A DNA stretch of 64,000 nucleotides from Candidatus Bathyarchaeota archaeon (GCA_963707955.1 OY970176.1:864001-928000); one strand, 5' to 3'; shown: positions 40,619 to 49,959, counted from the first letter of the stretch. Numbers and translations are program-made. Notes: generated by a model not told the origin, from the sequence alone.

Positions 40619-41811
40619 AAAGCTCAATCCCAAAGGGATACAAGCAGACCATGAAAGAGCTAGGGTTAAAAAGAAACCCATTTCCTATCGAAGCCCCAAA
40701 CTCAGTTGACCATTGGGCAGATTTCAAGAAGTTATTTGACAAACTTCTGGAAGTTCACCTTCAAGCATTACTTAATCCGTCCCCTAGGATTTACGTGTAT
40801 TGGGGCCATTTGGGAACTGGGAAGACTCATGCGTGCAGATATTTCTGCAATGTTAAGACGCAGAAAAAACTGGTCGAGTCTGTGCAGAAGAGGGGATCGA
40901 TCGGAAAGGTAAAGTGTGTTTCAGCGGCAGCCCAGATTCCAGGAAAGACTGGGCAACTAGTATATCACGTATACTTGCAGATCCTTTCAAGACTTCTAGA
41001 CGAAATGACTAAGGAGGACTTCAAAGACCTGTCAAATATCACCGGAGATGCTGGACCATCTTGCGTGATGGCGCTCAATAGTCTTGCTCGGGGGATAACC
41101 GAGCAGACTCAGCTTTCCGGTCCGTTTTTTGGTTTGATGAAGAACACAGAGGAGTACAGATTCCTCACCTTAGGGAGAACCAGAAAATACGGAACTCTGG
41201 AAACAACATCGGATCTCAGCCTGGTCATAGAGAGGATCTTGAAAGCGATTTTGAGATCATATCGAGTGTTCATCTGGGTTGATGAACTGGAAGACCTCAG
41301 GGAATCCAATCTGGTCGAGAGAAGGTTGTTCAGCGACTTCATACGTAGTGTCTACGATGAAATAGACTATGGCCTAACAATCATTCTAAATTTCTCCTGT
41401 GATACGTTTGACGAAGTCGAAAGACTGCTGTTGCCAGCCGTATGGAGCAGAATCAGAAAGGAAGACACCCAAGAAGGTGTAATCGAGTTTCAACTTTTGA
41501 AAGATGATGGTGACCTGCGAGAATACCTTCTTTCCAGTCTGAGGTTTGGAAGAGGTGCTGATCCCAGTGAGATCATAGAAAAGGAAGCCGCCGAAAGCAT
41601 TCTGGAGACCATGAAAAGGGAGGGAGGCAAGAATGGAATATCACCAAGAGATTTCAACAGAAGAATGCAGGAGTTGTTGTGTAGAAGTTATTATTTCTGG
41701 AAGAAGGAAGGCAAAGGTGAGTTTAAGATAACGAAAGCATCTATTGAACAACCAGAGAAACGCCAAGAAATGCTTGAAGAGCTGAGAGAGAAATTGCTTG
41801 GTGGAAACTAG
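40615..41811 (+). CDS. P-loop AAA ATPase, module 3
   Basis: LGLKRNPF, WGHLGTGKTH, IWVDELED, SPRDF; ATGA overlap with the upstream gene. Confidence 0.88.
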   Translation: MKSSIPKGYKQTMKELGLKRNPFPIEAPNSVDHWADFKKLFDKLLEVHLQALLNPSPRIYVYWGHLGTGKTHACRYFCNVKTQKKLVESVQKRGSIGKVKCVSAAAQIPGKTGQLVYHVYLQILSRLLDEMTKEDFKDLSNITGDAGPSCVMALNSLARGITEQTQLSGPFFGLMKNTEEYRFLTLGRTRKYGTLETTSDLSLVIERILKAILRSYRVFIWVDELEDLRESNLVERRLFSDFIRSVYDEIDYGLTIILNFSCDTFDEVERLLLPAVWSRIRKEDTQEGVIEFQLLKDDGDLREYLLSSLRFGRGADPSEIIEKEAAESILETMKREGGKNGISPRDFNRRMQELLCRSYYFWKKEGKGEFKITKASIEQPEKRQEMLEELREKLLGGN

Positions 41812-41814
41812 GCA

Positions 41815-42522
41815 ATGGCAGAAACAAAGGAGGAAGAGCATAAGCTAGTTTTCGTCTTCGACAATACTTTCTTGGATTTCATTTACTGCAAGCAATTGGA
41901 CCTCAAAATCCTCGATTTAATTAGAACAGTGTTTGATCTCACTCTGGGCAATTTAGACCTGATGATAGTGACTGACAAAGTTCACGATAAGATGGTCAAA
42001 AAATACGCGTACCCCTATGGTGATGAATTCGATAGAATGCATAAGAACTGGGTAAATTTGGCTGAAAGACTTTATGGGAACTCGGAGGTTTTTTGTCAGC
42101 ACTACGAGACTAAAAAGCGTTTTTGGGAAAGGGCATTCGGTTGCTGCAGAACCCACTTTGCGAGTGAAGATGTTGATTTGATCACTTCGGCTGCACTTCT
42201 AAAGCAGAAGCAATTCAATCCTGTTATAGTTTCCGACGATTCCCGCCTCATTTACTTTTCGGATATAATGTCTTCCTATTTTGGCTTCTATTTTAGATCC
42301 TTTTCCACGTTTGAACTGCTGTCGTACCTAGGTACGCCTAAATGCCGGCGAGAGCTCTTCCTTTCCAAGAATCATTTTGACCTGGGAATGAGTCTTGCTT
42401 CACTGAATGATAAGCGAGGAATCACCAATTGTCAGTCTCTCGTTGAGGACCTGAAGGCTGCGACGAGAAAAGGGGTTTTCTCTACGCACTATTGTTCTGC
42501 AAAGTTCCCCCAAACGGTTTGA
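41815..42522 (+). CDS. Divergent PIN-like domain protein
   Basis: FVFDNTFL...SEDVDLITSA...IVSDDSRL acidic pattern of PIN nucleases. Confidence 0.65.
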   Translation: MAETKEEEHKLVFVFDNTFLDFIYCKQLDLKILDLIRTVFDLTLGNLDLMIVTDKVHDKMVKKYAYPYGDEFDRMHKNWVNLAERLYGNSEVFCQHYETKKRFWERAFGCCRTHFASEDVDLITSAALLKQKQFNPVIVSDDSRLIYFSDIMSSYFGFYFRSFSTFELLSYLGTPKCRRELFLSKNHFDLGMSLASLNDKRGITNCQSLVEDLKAATRKGVFSTHYCSAKFPQTV

Positions 42523-42630
42523 ACACACTATTGACACCGAATCAGGTGAAATCCAACTTCTGTCTCTACACCGTCACAAACTACAGCAATTCTAATAACA
42601 TAACAGAACTTTTCTAAGAAGCAGAAGAAA

Positions 42631-43773
42631 ATGAAAACAATAAAGCCGATGCTATTTGCGGTTTACAGTGTCTGGGGAAACCAATGGCTAAAACTCGCCA
42701 TGTTTATGCAAGAATGGTGCAGAGACATAAATGTACTCGTGAGCACGGATAGCGTCTTGAATAGTAGTGTTCCAAGGTATGAAGCAATTACAAAATATGG
42801 ATTATCAAAAGGTTTCATAAAGACAAGGGAAGAATACCGCGAATTCATGGAAAATACGGCAAGAAAATTCCCTTATTTGTCGAATTATCTGGACGAATTC
42901 GAGAAACCATTGCCAAAGATGACGTCCCTGTTTATGCTGGACAGCGGTGGATATGGTTTTACAAAGGCTTTCGAAGGTAACAACATACGTAATCAACTGA
43001 GAATACGCATCCCAGATCTCTACAATTGTTGGAAGCACGGAGACGAAAAGTCTCAAGACATGGTTCTGGAGAAGCAGCAACTCCTAAAACCGGATATTCT
43101 GATAACCCTTGATAAAGTTATCTTCCCCAACGAATTGGCCAAAGCAAAAAAGGAGAAAATTGGATTCAGCCTCAAATGCGCAAAGATAGCACTTCAGCGA
43201 AAAAAAGAAGGGATCATCGGCAATACAGCCTTGTTCGCAGCAGTTCATGGTTATGGACCAAGTCCCAACAATGGACCAGAAAAGTACTATGATAACACAA
43301 GAGAGTACATGAATAACTTGTTGAGCTTTGAGAGTGAAGTAGGTGTTCGCTTTGATGGCTTTTCAATAGGATCTCTAGTTCCAATATCGAACGAGCAGAT
43401 ACTAAGCTCGATAGCTAACGCAGTCCGGGATGTCCTCGGAAGTGAAAGGCGTAAAACGGCAGTCCACGGCCTTGGTGCCTCTACTGACAACAAAATATCG
43501 ACGCTCTACAAGTGTGGAGTCAGGATCTTTGACACAAATCTCCACATGAAGAATGCGAGGAATCGATTAATATACCATCCAACTGAACGCAGATACGTTA
43601 GTACCAAAAAGATCAAAAAAGAAGATTGGGAATGCGACTGCAAGATCTGCAGCAACTATACTTGGGATATACTGAACGAAAATCGTCGGAGAGTTCGCGA
43701 AGTTTCCACCGTACTCATCTCACTTCATAACCTATACACTGATCATCTGAGATTCCTTGAAACTCTGCGCTGA
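42631..43773 (+). CDS. Third, divergent TGT-fold transglycosylase
   Basis: MLDSGGYG, ITLDKV, AVHG, DGFSIGSLVP, VHGLGA, GVRIFDT, CDCKIC...LHNL. Confidence 0.85.
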   Translation: MKTIKPMLFAVYSVWGNQWLKLAMFMQEWCRDINVLVSTDSVLNSSVPRYEAITKYGLSKGFIKTREEYREFMENTARKFPYLSNYLDEFEKPLPKMTSLFMLDSGGYGFTKAFEGNNIRNQLRIRIPDLYNCWKHGDEKSQDMVLEKQQLLKPDILITLDKVIFPNELAKAKKEKIGFSLKCAKIALQRKKEGIIGNTALFAAVHGYGPSPNNGPEKYYDNTREYMNNLLSFESEVGVRFDGFSIGSLVPISNEQILSSIANAVRDVLGSERRKTAVHGLGASTDNKISTLYKCGVRIFDTNLHMKNARNRLIYHPTERRYVSTKKIKKEDWECDCKICSNYTWDILNENRRRVREVSTVLISLHNLYTDHLRFLETLR

Positions 43774-43892
43774 CATGATAGGCCTTCTAATAAGCCATTG
43801 TAGGGAAGACATAGCACTAGCGCACGCTTGTCCGCTTTGTTATGTTCTAAACCGTTTGTCTAGTCTGTAGCGCGTTCTTAGAATTCTTCCTT

Positions 43893-45275
43893 TCATAAAG
43901 AGTATTCTTTTGCATATTCTATCGTCTGGGCGTTCTTGAAGTAGTGTCCGAACAGTTGCTGATTCTCAGTGTGCACCGGAAAAACCTGTTTGGGTTGAAT
44001 GCAGTTGATCAAGTCCACTAGTTGGTCCTTATTCAAGTGCCCTGATGCATGCAGTTGATGAAAGTGCATTCTGAAGTGATCTATCCAGTTGTGCATTACC
44101 GCATCTTCAATGTCTTCTTCGCTGAACGGCTCACTCATGCTGTGAATGAACTGGCTGCCGGGCTCCGGTTTGATGTCTATCAACTCCGCGAACTGGTAGA
44201 AGTCCAGGTCCATCACAAGCTTTCCTTGGTTCTTGTGAATAAACTCGTGCGTCACCATTTTGTCCATGAACTTTCGCTCCCAAACATAGTAGTCCCTCTC
44301 ATCGAAGCTACCTGACTTTTTCCGCTTGTAGTAAACCAAGATATCGTCATCGTTCAGCGGATCCGGAAGATCGAGATGCTCATCATCAAGAAGTTTGCTC
44401 AGCAAATATGCAGTCTTGGGCGAAACCACGATTTTCCTTCCGTTTTTCTTGGCGACCTTGTAGAAGCTTCTAAACCTGTCTAAATCTCGACTGTAGCGCA
44501 TCGCAAGCACCAACTTATCGGTTGAGGAAACAACTTCGTTGCTCAACTGCTTAACCTGAGATTCCGAATAGTTCTTGCGCTTCTCCTTCTCAACCATCCT
44601 TGTCCCCTCACAGATCAAGCCAACCGGCTCACAACCTTGGGCCTTCTCCAAGAAATCTTCGGTCAGATCTTTCCTTGGACCGTGAATTCTCAGGTCTCCC
44701 GTGTAGACCACTGAACCTTCAGAAGTGTGAATGATGAAACCATAAGCGGCCGGAATAGAATGATCCACATGCACCGGTTCAACCGTCACGCCATCAACCT
44801 TAAAGCTGTGTCCAGTGCGAAACTTGCGACATTCATGTTCTCCATACTTGCAGAAACTACTAGTCTCCTCCATAGACTCCATCAACAGCTTAGTGCCAAC
44901 CCCGACGTAGACGGGAATCTTCGGGTCCAAGAACTGAATATGAGCCACATGATCAAAATGAGCATGCGACAAAAACACAGCATCCACCTCAGGCTCAGAG
45001 TATGGAAGATTGGTCGAAGCCAACATTTCCCGAGAATACAAACCGCTGATGCGAGGCAACAGGTTAAACGCAAAGTAATCTCCTAGACCGTTGACTGCTC
45101 TTGGTCCGAGCCAACTCGTGAAGTAATCAGTACCAAAGGTGAAAGACTGCCCAAAATCGAAGAAAATCCTCGTCTTTCCGTCTTCCAGGAGAATCTTGTT
45201 GCCACCAATCTCGTTCACTCCACCGTAGAACCTGAGTTTAACCAAACGAAGCCCCTCACAAGAGCATAAGTACAA
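43893..45275 (-). CDS. Metallo-beta-lactamase/beta-CASP ribonuclease (RNase J-like)
   Basis: GGVNEIGGN, SHAHFDH, VDHS, YTGD, HASGH, PVHTE. Confidence 0.9.
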   Translation of the reverse strand: MYLCSCEGLRLVKLRFYGGVNEIGGNKILLEDGKTRIFFDFGQSFTFGTDYFTSWLGPRAVNGLGDYFAFNLLPRISGLYSREMLASTNLPYSEPEVDAVFLSHAHFDHVAHIQFLDPKIPVYVGVGTKLLMESMEETSSFCKYGEHECRKFRTGHSFKVDGVTVEPVHVDHSIPAAYGFIIHTSEGSVVYTGDLRIHGPRKDLTEDFLEKAQGCEPVGLICEGTRMVEKEKRKNYSESQVKQLSNEVVSSTDKLVLAMRYSRDLDRFRSFYKVAKKNGRKIVVSPKTAYLLSKLLDDEHLDLPDPLNDDDILVYYKRKKSGSFDERDYYVWERKFMDKMVTHEFIHKNQGKLVMDLDFYQFAELIDIKPEPGSQFIHSMSEPFSEEDIEDAVMHNWIDHFRMHFHQLHASGHLNKDQLVDLINCIQPKQVFPVHTENQQLFGHYFKNAQTIEYAKEYSL

Positions 45276-45316
45276 GAGTCTTATAGCATCTTGCGAATGG
45301 AACGAGACGGGTACAT

Positions 45317-45571
45317 ATGAGCAAAGAAGCCGTTGCGAGGCAATTCTTCCTCGATTTTATCGAGAACCTTGGAAGCGAATACGAAGACGAATACAACCAA
45401 GAACATATTGAGGAAGAGGCCAACCTAATACTAACAGATCTCTTCTTTTCAGGCTTGTTGAAAATCGAGTGGAATCCAAGAAAGCACGTGTTGAGACTCA
45501 ACTTCAGAGATCGCAAGAACAAAGAAAGCAAACGACAGAAGCGCGGGCTAGTTTTAATGTTCGAAAAGTAA
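45317..45571 (+). CDS. Small hypothetical protein
   Basis: 84 aa ORF with an ATG start; acidic N-half and basic C-half. Confidence 0.5.
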   Translation: MSKEAVARQFFLDFIENLGSEYEDEYNQEHIEEEANLILTDLFFSGLLKIEWNPRKHVLRLNFRDRKNKESKRQKRGLVLMFEK

Positions 45572-45688
45572 TGTTGCTTCTGCCCTTCCTCATACTATAT
45601 TACAGAAAATACTGATTTCATCATTGATTATCAAGGGACAAGCGCGCGCTTAAAGAATCTATATGCGGAACCCTGCATCTCTTTTCAC

Positions 45689-46012
45689 ATGAAGCGAGAA
45701 CCTTCTCCAGCTGTCTACTTCTCCGATGAGCTCAATGATCTGATGAAGACACTCAAACCTGACGACAAAATTCTGAAATGGCTCAAGGGCATGGCCGCTG
45801 TCCTCAAAGAAAACAAAAAAGCCGGAGAGCAAATAGGGAAAAGCAGAATCCCGCAACTCTACATAAAAAAATATGGTGTAAATAACCTCTATCGGTACAG
45901 GCATCCAGAAGGATACAGATCATGCTATACTCTTGTGAATAAATGTCCTTGGATATTGGATCTAAAATCACATCTTGAGTATGACAGGATTTTTGGATAT
46001 AGAACGATTTGA
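45689..46012 (+). CDS. RelE/ParE-like toxin
   Basis: LKEN..AGEQI....IP..Y...YGVNNLYRY..P.GYR..YTL...H.EYDR.FGY pattern. Confidence 0.6.
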   Translation: MKREPSPAVYFSDELNDLMKTLKPDDKILKWLKGMAAVLKENKKAGEQIGKSRIPQLYIKKYGVNNLYRYRHPEGYRSCYTLVNKCPWILDLKSHLEYDRIFGYRTI

Positions 46013-46288
46013 CTAGAGTATCCTTACGCTCGTCTTGATCAATTTTTCTAACTTGGGATTGTTGACTCCAGTGTAGATAATAGTTCTGCCGTTGAATTCT
46101 ATCTTTCCAGAAGCTTCCAGATACTCTAGTATTCTTTGGAAAGTCTGATACTGCACTTTCTTGGGCAAGCTTCTCCAAAGCTGCATGCGCGTGGGATATT
46201 CCTTAGATTCTAGAATAGCCTTCTCAACCATTAGAATAGTGTCAAGCTGAGGTTCATGCAATACCTTTTTTTCCGATTGGATGTTCAC
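46013..46288 (-). CDS. Small winged-helix protein, putative antitoxin/regulator
   Basis: PQLDTILMVE...QLWRSLPKKVQYQTFQRILEYLEASGKI. Confidence 0.65.
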   Translation of the reverse strand: MNIQSEKKVLHEPQLDTILMVEKAILESKEYPTRMQLWRSLPKKVQYQTFQRILEYLEASGKIEFNGRTIIYTGVNNPKLEKLIKTSVRIL

Positions 46289-46316
46289 CGATATTCACCA
46301 ATATTCACCAATATTC
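46281..46316. repeat. Tandem 10-bp repeat ATATTCACCA (~3.5 copies)
   Basis: atgttcaccg atattcacca atattcacca atattc. Confidence 0.85.
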
Positions 46317-46666
46317 TATAGCTAACTATTATATAAACTTATATATCGCGCGCAAAAGCCTGAAGGAAGTGTTCAGACCCGTTTCTTTGTTCTCTTTGAT
46401 CCGCCGTTCAGACCTTTCAGTATTGCATAGTTTTCCCTGATGCTTTCATGAAGAACGGCAAAGGGGTCTTTTCGGCACTTTGCCATCTCTTAACCACGCT
46501 TCTATCTCAATCACATCATAAGACCTGATGTCTTTTATGACTTATGATGATCTTATACACCAATGTATTATACACTACTGTATAATTGACCATTGTTACA
46601 ACAATGTCACTAACTTCTGTATGCACTAATGCATTTTGTTATGAATCCAAAATGTAGCATAAGCTT

Positions 46667-48691
46667 TCATGCAGCCTTTATCTGTGAAACGCCGTCTTTC
46701 TTCTCGATTTTCATGACTTGGTCTGCGAAGCTTTCTAGTTCTTTCTCGTGTGAGACCATGATGACTTGGGGGCATTTCAGTTCGTCCAGTATCTCTCTTA
46801 TCTTGAACAGCTGTTCCTTGCTGAAGCCATCGGTGGGTTCGTCAAGTATCAGAAGATTGGACTTGATTCCCGCTGAGACCTTCTGCACGATAGTGTTAAG
46901 TGACAGTCTATAAGCTAAAGCCAGACTGGTTTTCTCGCCGCCGCTTAGATAGTTGTAGTCTTGTTCATAGCCGTCCTGTTCAACTATCGGAGTGAAATCT
47001 TCGTCGATGCGGCTTTCTTTGCCTGGGTCGTCGACGAGCATCGTCCACCATTTCTGGAAGTGCATATTGAATTCCTGGTTTATGTTCATCATCACGTGCG
47101 TCTCGATCGATTGCAAAGTGGGTATGAAGAAATCTTCAAGCCACATCTCGTATTCCCTCAGTCTCTCCGCGGCTTTTCTCTCCTTCTCCTTACCCTGGAT
47201 CTCTATTTCCAGTTCGTCAACTTCTCTTGTGAGCATTTCACGGGTTCTCTGGCTTCCAGAGATGCCCTTTTCCACCTTAGTGAGCTGCAACTCATCTTCC
47301 TTCAGCTCCTTGGATAATCCTTCAATCTCCGTTGAGATCCTGTTGAATTCCTCAACGTGTTGCCTGGCCTTCTCAAGCCTATCTTCTGCATTCGCGACCT
47401 GCTCCTTCAGCTTCTGGGCTTTTTCACGGTCCTTTTCTATTCTCTCCTGGTTCTTCTTGACGCGTTCGGCCAGATTCTGCAGCCTATCTTGGGCTTTCTT
47501 GTACTCTCTGAGCGCATCTTGCAGGACTTCTATTTCTTTGATTCTTCTTTCACAGGCAGCGACTTCTTCTAATGCCTGGCTTTTCTCTTCTTTTTTGAGC
47601 CTGATCTTCTCTTCAAACTCCTCTGGTTCCGCTGGTCTATCGCACGTTGGGCAGACCCTGTTTCTTTCAACAGACTCGTAATCACATATCTTTGCGCCTA
47701 TGACATCCTGCGCCGACCTCATTTCCCGCTCTTTCTGCCTCGCCATCCTCAATTCTTCTTTCAGCTGGTCCTCAGTCTTCGGCGTAGGCTCCTGCATCTT
47801 GCTCAGCCTTTCCACGTCGGGCTGCAGTTTTCCTGTTTCCGACGCAAGCTCTTCAACCTCATTTTCGAGGTTAACAACTTCACTGTTCTTGTCTTTGATA
47901 TCCGCTTCTAGGAGGGGAACTTCACCTGCAGCTTTTACGAGCGACTCCGTGCTTTTCCTTAGTGCATCGACCTTCTCTCGCAGCGTGGCAACTTTTCCGT
48001 CAAGATCCGCCTTCTTTCTGCCTAGACCTGCCAGTTCTTCCTCGCATTTTGCGATTTCGCCCTTTTTTGCCCTGTATTTTTCTCTGCGGCCTTCAAGGTC
48101 GGAAGCGTGTGAAGCTAGCTTGATCGACTTTTCCTTAATCGACTTCGCCAGAGTTGACGAGTTGTCCTGCGCTATTCGATAATCCTCGATTCTGAACGCT
48201 TTCCGAAGAGTCTGCAGCCTAGAGTCTGCCCTCATCCAGATAATCGCTTTCATCTCTTCCTGGGGCGTGAAAATCGCGTACCTGAAGATGACGCTCTGCG
48301 CCTTTGGGTCTGCTGGCTCGTTGAAAGCGAGTATGTCAAGAATCTTCTCTTTCATTTCAGAAGCTGATAACTGCAGAACCGTGCCCTCGGTTTTGAGGCT
48401 GCAGTCAGATTGTTGGACGCTCTTGGCTTTTCGCTCCAGGCTGCGGCAGGCCTCATACTCTTTGCCATCAACTTCGAAGCACAATGTTACTAACCCTTTT
48501 TTTGCGCCGGCCTTAAGCAGGGCTCCGCCTTTCTCTGAGCCTAATCCGAACAGCGCGAATTCTATCGCCATCAGGATGGTTGACTTTCCCGAACCTATGT
48601 CGCCCTCAAACAACGTCGTGCCCATGGGAAAAGTGATTGCCTGCTCCTTGTAGCTTCTGATGTTTTCAAGCCTGAGCGATTTGAGTATCAC
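46667..48691 (-). CDS. rad50: DNA double-strand break repair ATPase Rad50
   Basis: GDIGSGKS, coiled coils, CPTC zinc hook, LSGGE, LILDEPT. Confidence 0.95.
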   Translation of the reverse strand: MILKSLRLENIRSYKEQAITFPMGTTLFEGDIGSGKSTILMAIEFALFGLGSEKGGALLKAGAKKGLVTLCFEVDGKEYEACRSLERKAKSVQQSDCSLKTEGTVLQLSASEMKEKILDILAFNEPADPKAQSVIFRYAIFTPQEEMKAIIWMRADSRLQTLRKAFRIEDYRIAQDNSSTLAKSIKEKSIKLASHASDLEGRREKYRAKKGEIAKCEEELAGLGRKKADLDGKVATLREKVDALRKSTESLVKAAGEVPLLEADIKDKNSEVVNLENEVEELASETGKLQPDVERLSKMQEPTPKTEDQLKEELRMARQKEREMRSAQDVIGAKICDYESVERNRVCPTCDRPAEPEEFEEKIRLKKEEKSQALEEVAACERRIKEIEVLQDALREYKKAQDRLQNLAERVKKNQERIEKDREKAQKLKEQVANAEDRLEKARQHVEEFNRISTEIEGLSKELKEDELQLTKVEKGISGSQRTREMLTREVDELEIEIQGKEKERKAAERLREYEMWLEDFFIPTLQSIETHVMMNINQEFNMHFQKWWTMLVDDPGKESRIDEDFTPIVEQDGYEQDYNYLSGGEKTSLALAYRLSLNTIVQKVSAGIKSNLLILDEPTDGFSKEQLFKIREILDELKCPQVIMVSHEKELESFADQVMKIEKKDGVSQIKAA

Positions 48692-49959
48692 TGACCTTCA
48701 TCTCCCAGGCCCAAGGAAGCCCACGCGTGCTTCTGAACGCGTTCCTCATAGTCCTTCTTCGTCTCGTTAACCCTCTGCTCCTGCCTCAGGATCTTCAGTA
48801 AGTCCTCCGCGAGCTTGGCACCTTTGTCGGCTTTCAGCTCCTCTGCAGAAACTTTGACGGCTCCTATGTTCTCTCTGAGAAGTTTACTCTCGACGGCAGG
48901 AATGTCTTCGCCCCTAACCGTGACCGGCGAGTAATCCTTGGACGTCAACCCGTAACGATTCACGATTACTTCCAACGCGCCGTTGGTTTTCAGCAGGTCT
49001 CTGATTTCGGTTGAGCTTACCTCTGAAGTCTTGCCTCCGGACAGTGTTCCCTTAATCTTGACAACGGCAATCTTGTCTTGAACCTCAATCTTACCGAGCT
49101 TGTCAAGCAGGGCTTTCCTGGCCTGCACCGAGTTCTTATCAGTCACGTCGTACTCGAAGTATTCGAAACCGCACACGGACACTTCGATGAACTTCACGTC
49201 TTGCACTATGTCACCAAAGTACACTATGTAGAAACCTCTCTCCTCGCCTTTGGCAGTGTCCTCCAAGTCTCTCGGATACCCTGCGAACAGCGCCCCTGGG
49301 AAAACCACTCTTTCATACCCTGGAAACCCCGATTCAGTCCTCCGATGCACATGGCCGCTCGCGTAATAGTCAAAGCCCTTCGGAAGCAGAGACACCGGAA
49401 CAGACTCCATCTGCGCCAAGATTTCAGGCTTCAACTCTGAGACGGCGCTGTGGAAAGCGAATATTTTGAAGCCCTGCTCTGCTTCTAGGCTTTCTCGGTC
49501 GAGAATTTCAAAATAGTTTTTTTCCAGCCCTGCTTTTCTGCCCGATAGGCCGACGAGTTTTGCCTTCGTCTTCGGGTCCGTGAACACTTCCAGCCTGAGC
49601 TTGCCATCAACGACTTCCCCCTTCACCACCTTCTTGATCAGGCCCGTGCTGTCAAGAATATCGATTATCGACGTGGCATTCGGGCTGTAGTCGTGGCTTC
49701 CATAGATGACGTAGATAGGAATGCCCGCATCCCTGACTTCCTTCATCTTCTTGACGGCTTCGTTGGCAACGTGCATGTCCGGAAGGTTGGCGTGAAACAG
49801 GTCTCCGGCTATCAGAACAAAGTCAACGCTTTCCTGCACGCAGGTTTCCATGGCTTTGCTGAACGCGGCTAGTTCCAGTTTTTCCAATACTGGGTCTCTG
49901 TTTGCGCCTATGTGACAGTCTGCCATGTGTGCAAATTTGAACATGGCTTTACCCCACAA
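48688..49959 (-). CDS. mre11: DNA double-strand break repair nuclease Mre11
   Basis: ADCHIG, AGDLFH, GSHD, FHSA, SGHVH. Confidence 0.93.
   Translation of the reverse strand: MWGKAMFKFAHMADCHIGANRDPVLEKLELAAFSKAMETCVQESVDFVLIAGDLFHANLPDMHVANEAVKKMKEVRDAGIPIYVIYGSHDYSPNATSIIDILDSTGLIKKVVKGEVVDGKLRLEVFTDPKTKAKLVGLSGRKAGLEKNYFEILDRESLEAEQGFKIFAFHSAVSELKPEILAQMESVPVSLLPKGFDYYASGHVHRRTESGFPGYERVVFPGALFAGYPRDLEDTAKGEERGFYIVYFGDIVQDVKFIEVSVCGFEYFEYDVTDKNSVQARKALLDKLGKIEVQDKIAVVKIKGTLSGGKTSEVSSTEIRDLLKTNGALEVIVNRYGLTSKDYSPVTVRGEDIPAVESKLLRENIGAVKVSAEELKADKGAKLAEDLLKILRQEQRVNETKKDYEERVQKHAWASLGLGDEGQ

Larger units (their letters stand above)
23053..43829. mobile_element. Genomic island: 7-deazaguanine modification/defence cluster
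   Basis: AGCGCACGCTT direct repeat at 23053-23063 and 43819-43829; host GCGCGC motif nearly absent inside; appears more AT-rich by eye; no integrase seen. Confidence 0.6.

Noticed and set aside
28317-41811. AAA ATPases as Orc1/Cdc6 marking a replication origin
   Set aside because: No C-terminal Cdc6 winged-helix and no ORB repeats recognised; the context is modification/defence.
36721-43773. Type IV CBASS or QatABCD (QueC/TGT-containing defence systems)
   Set aside because: The NTase is only 166 aa and lacks CD-NTase size and features. QueC is canonical and sits in a full queD/queE pathway. No TatD or OGG-like gene is seen.
46961-48653. Long plus-strand ORFs opposite rad50 (and similar ORFs opposite other genes)
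   Set aside because: Antisense shadows of strongly supported genes, with Ser/Phe/Leu-rich composition mirroring coiled-coil codons.
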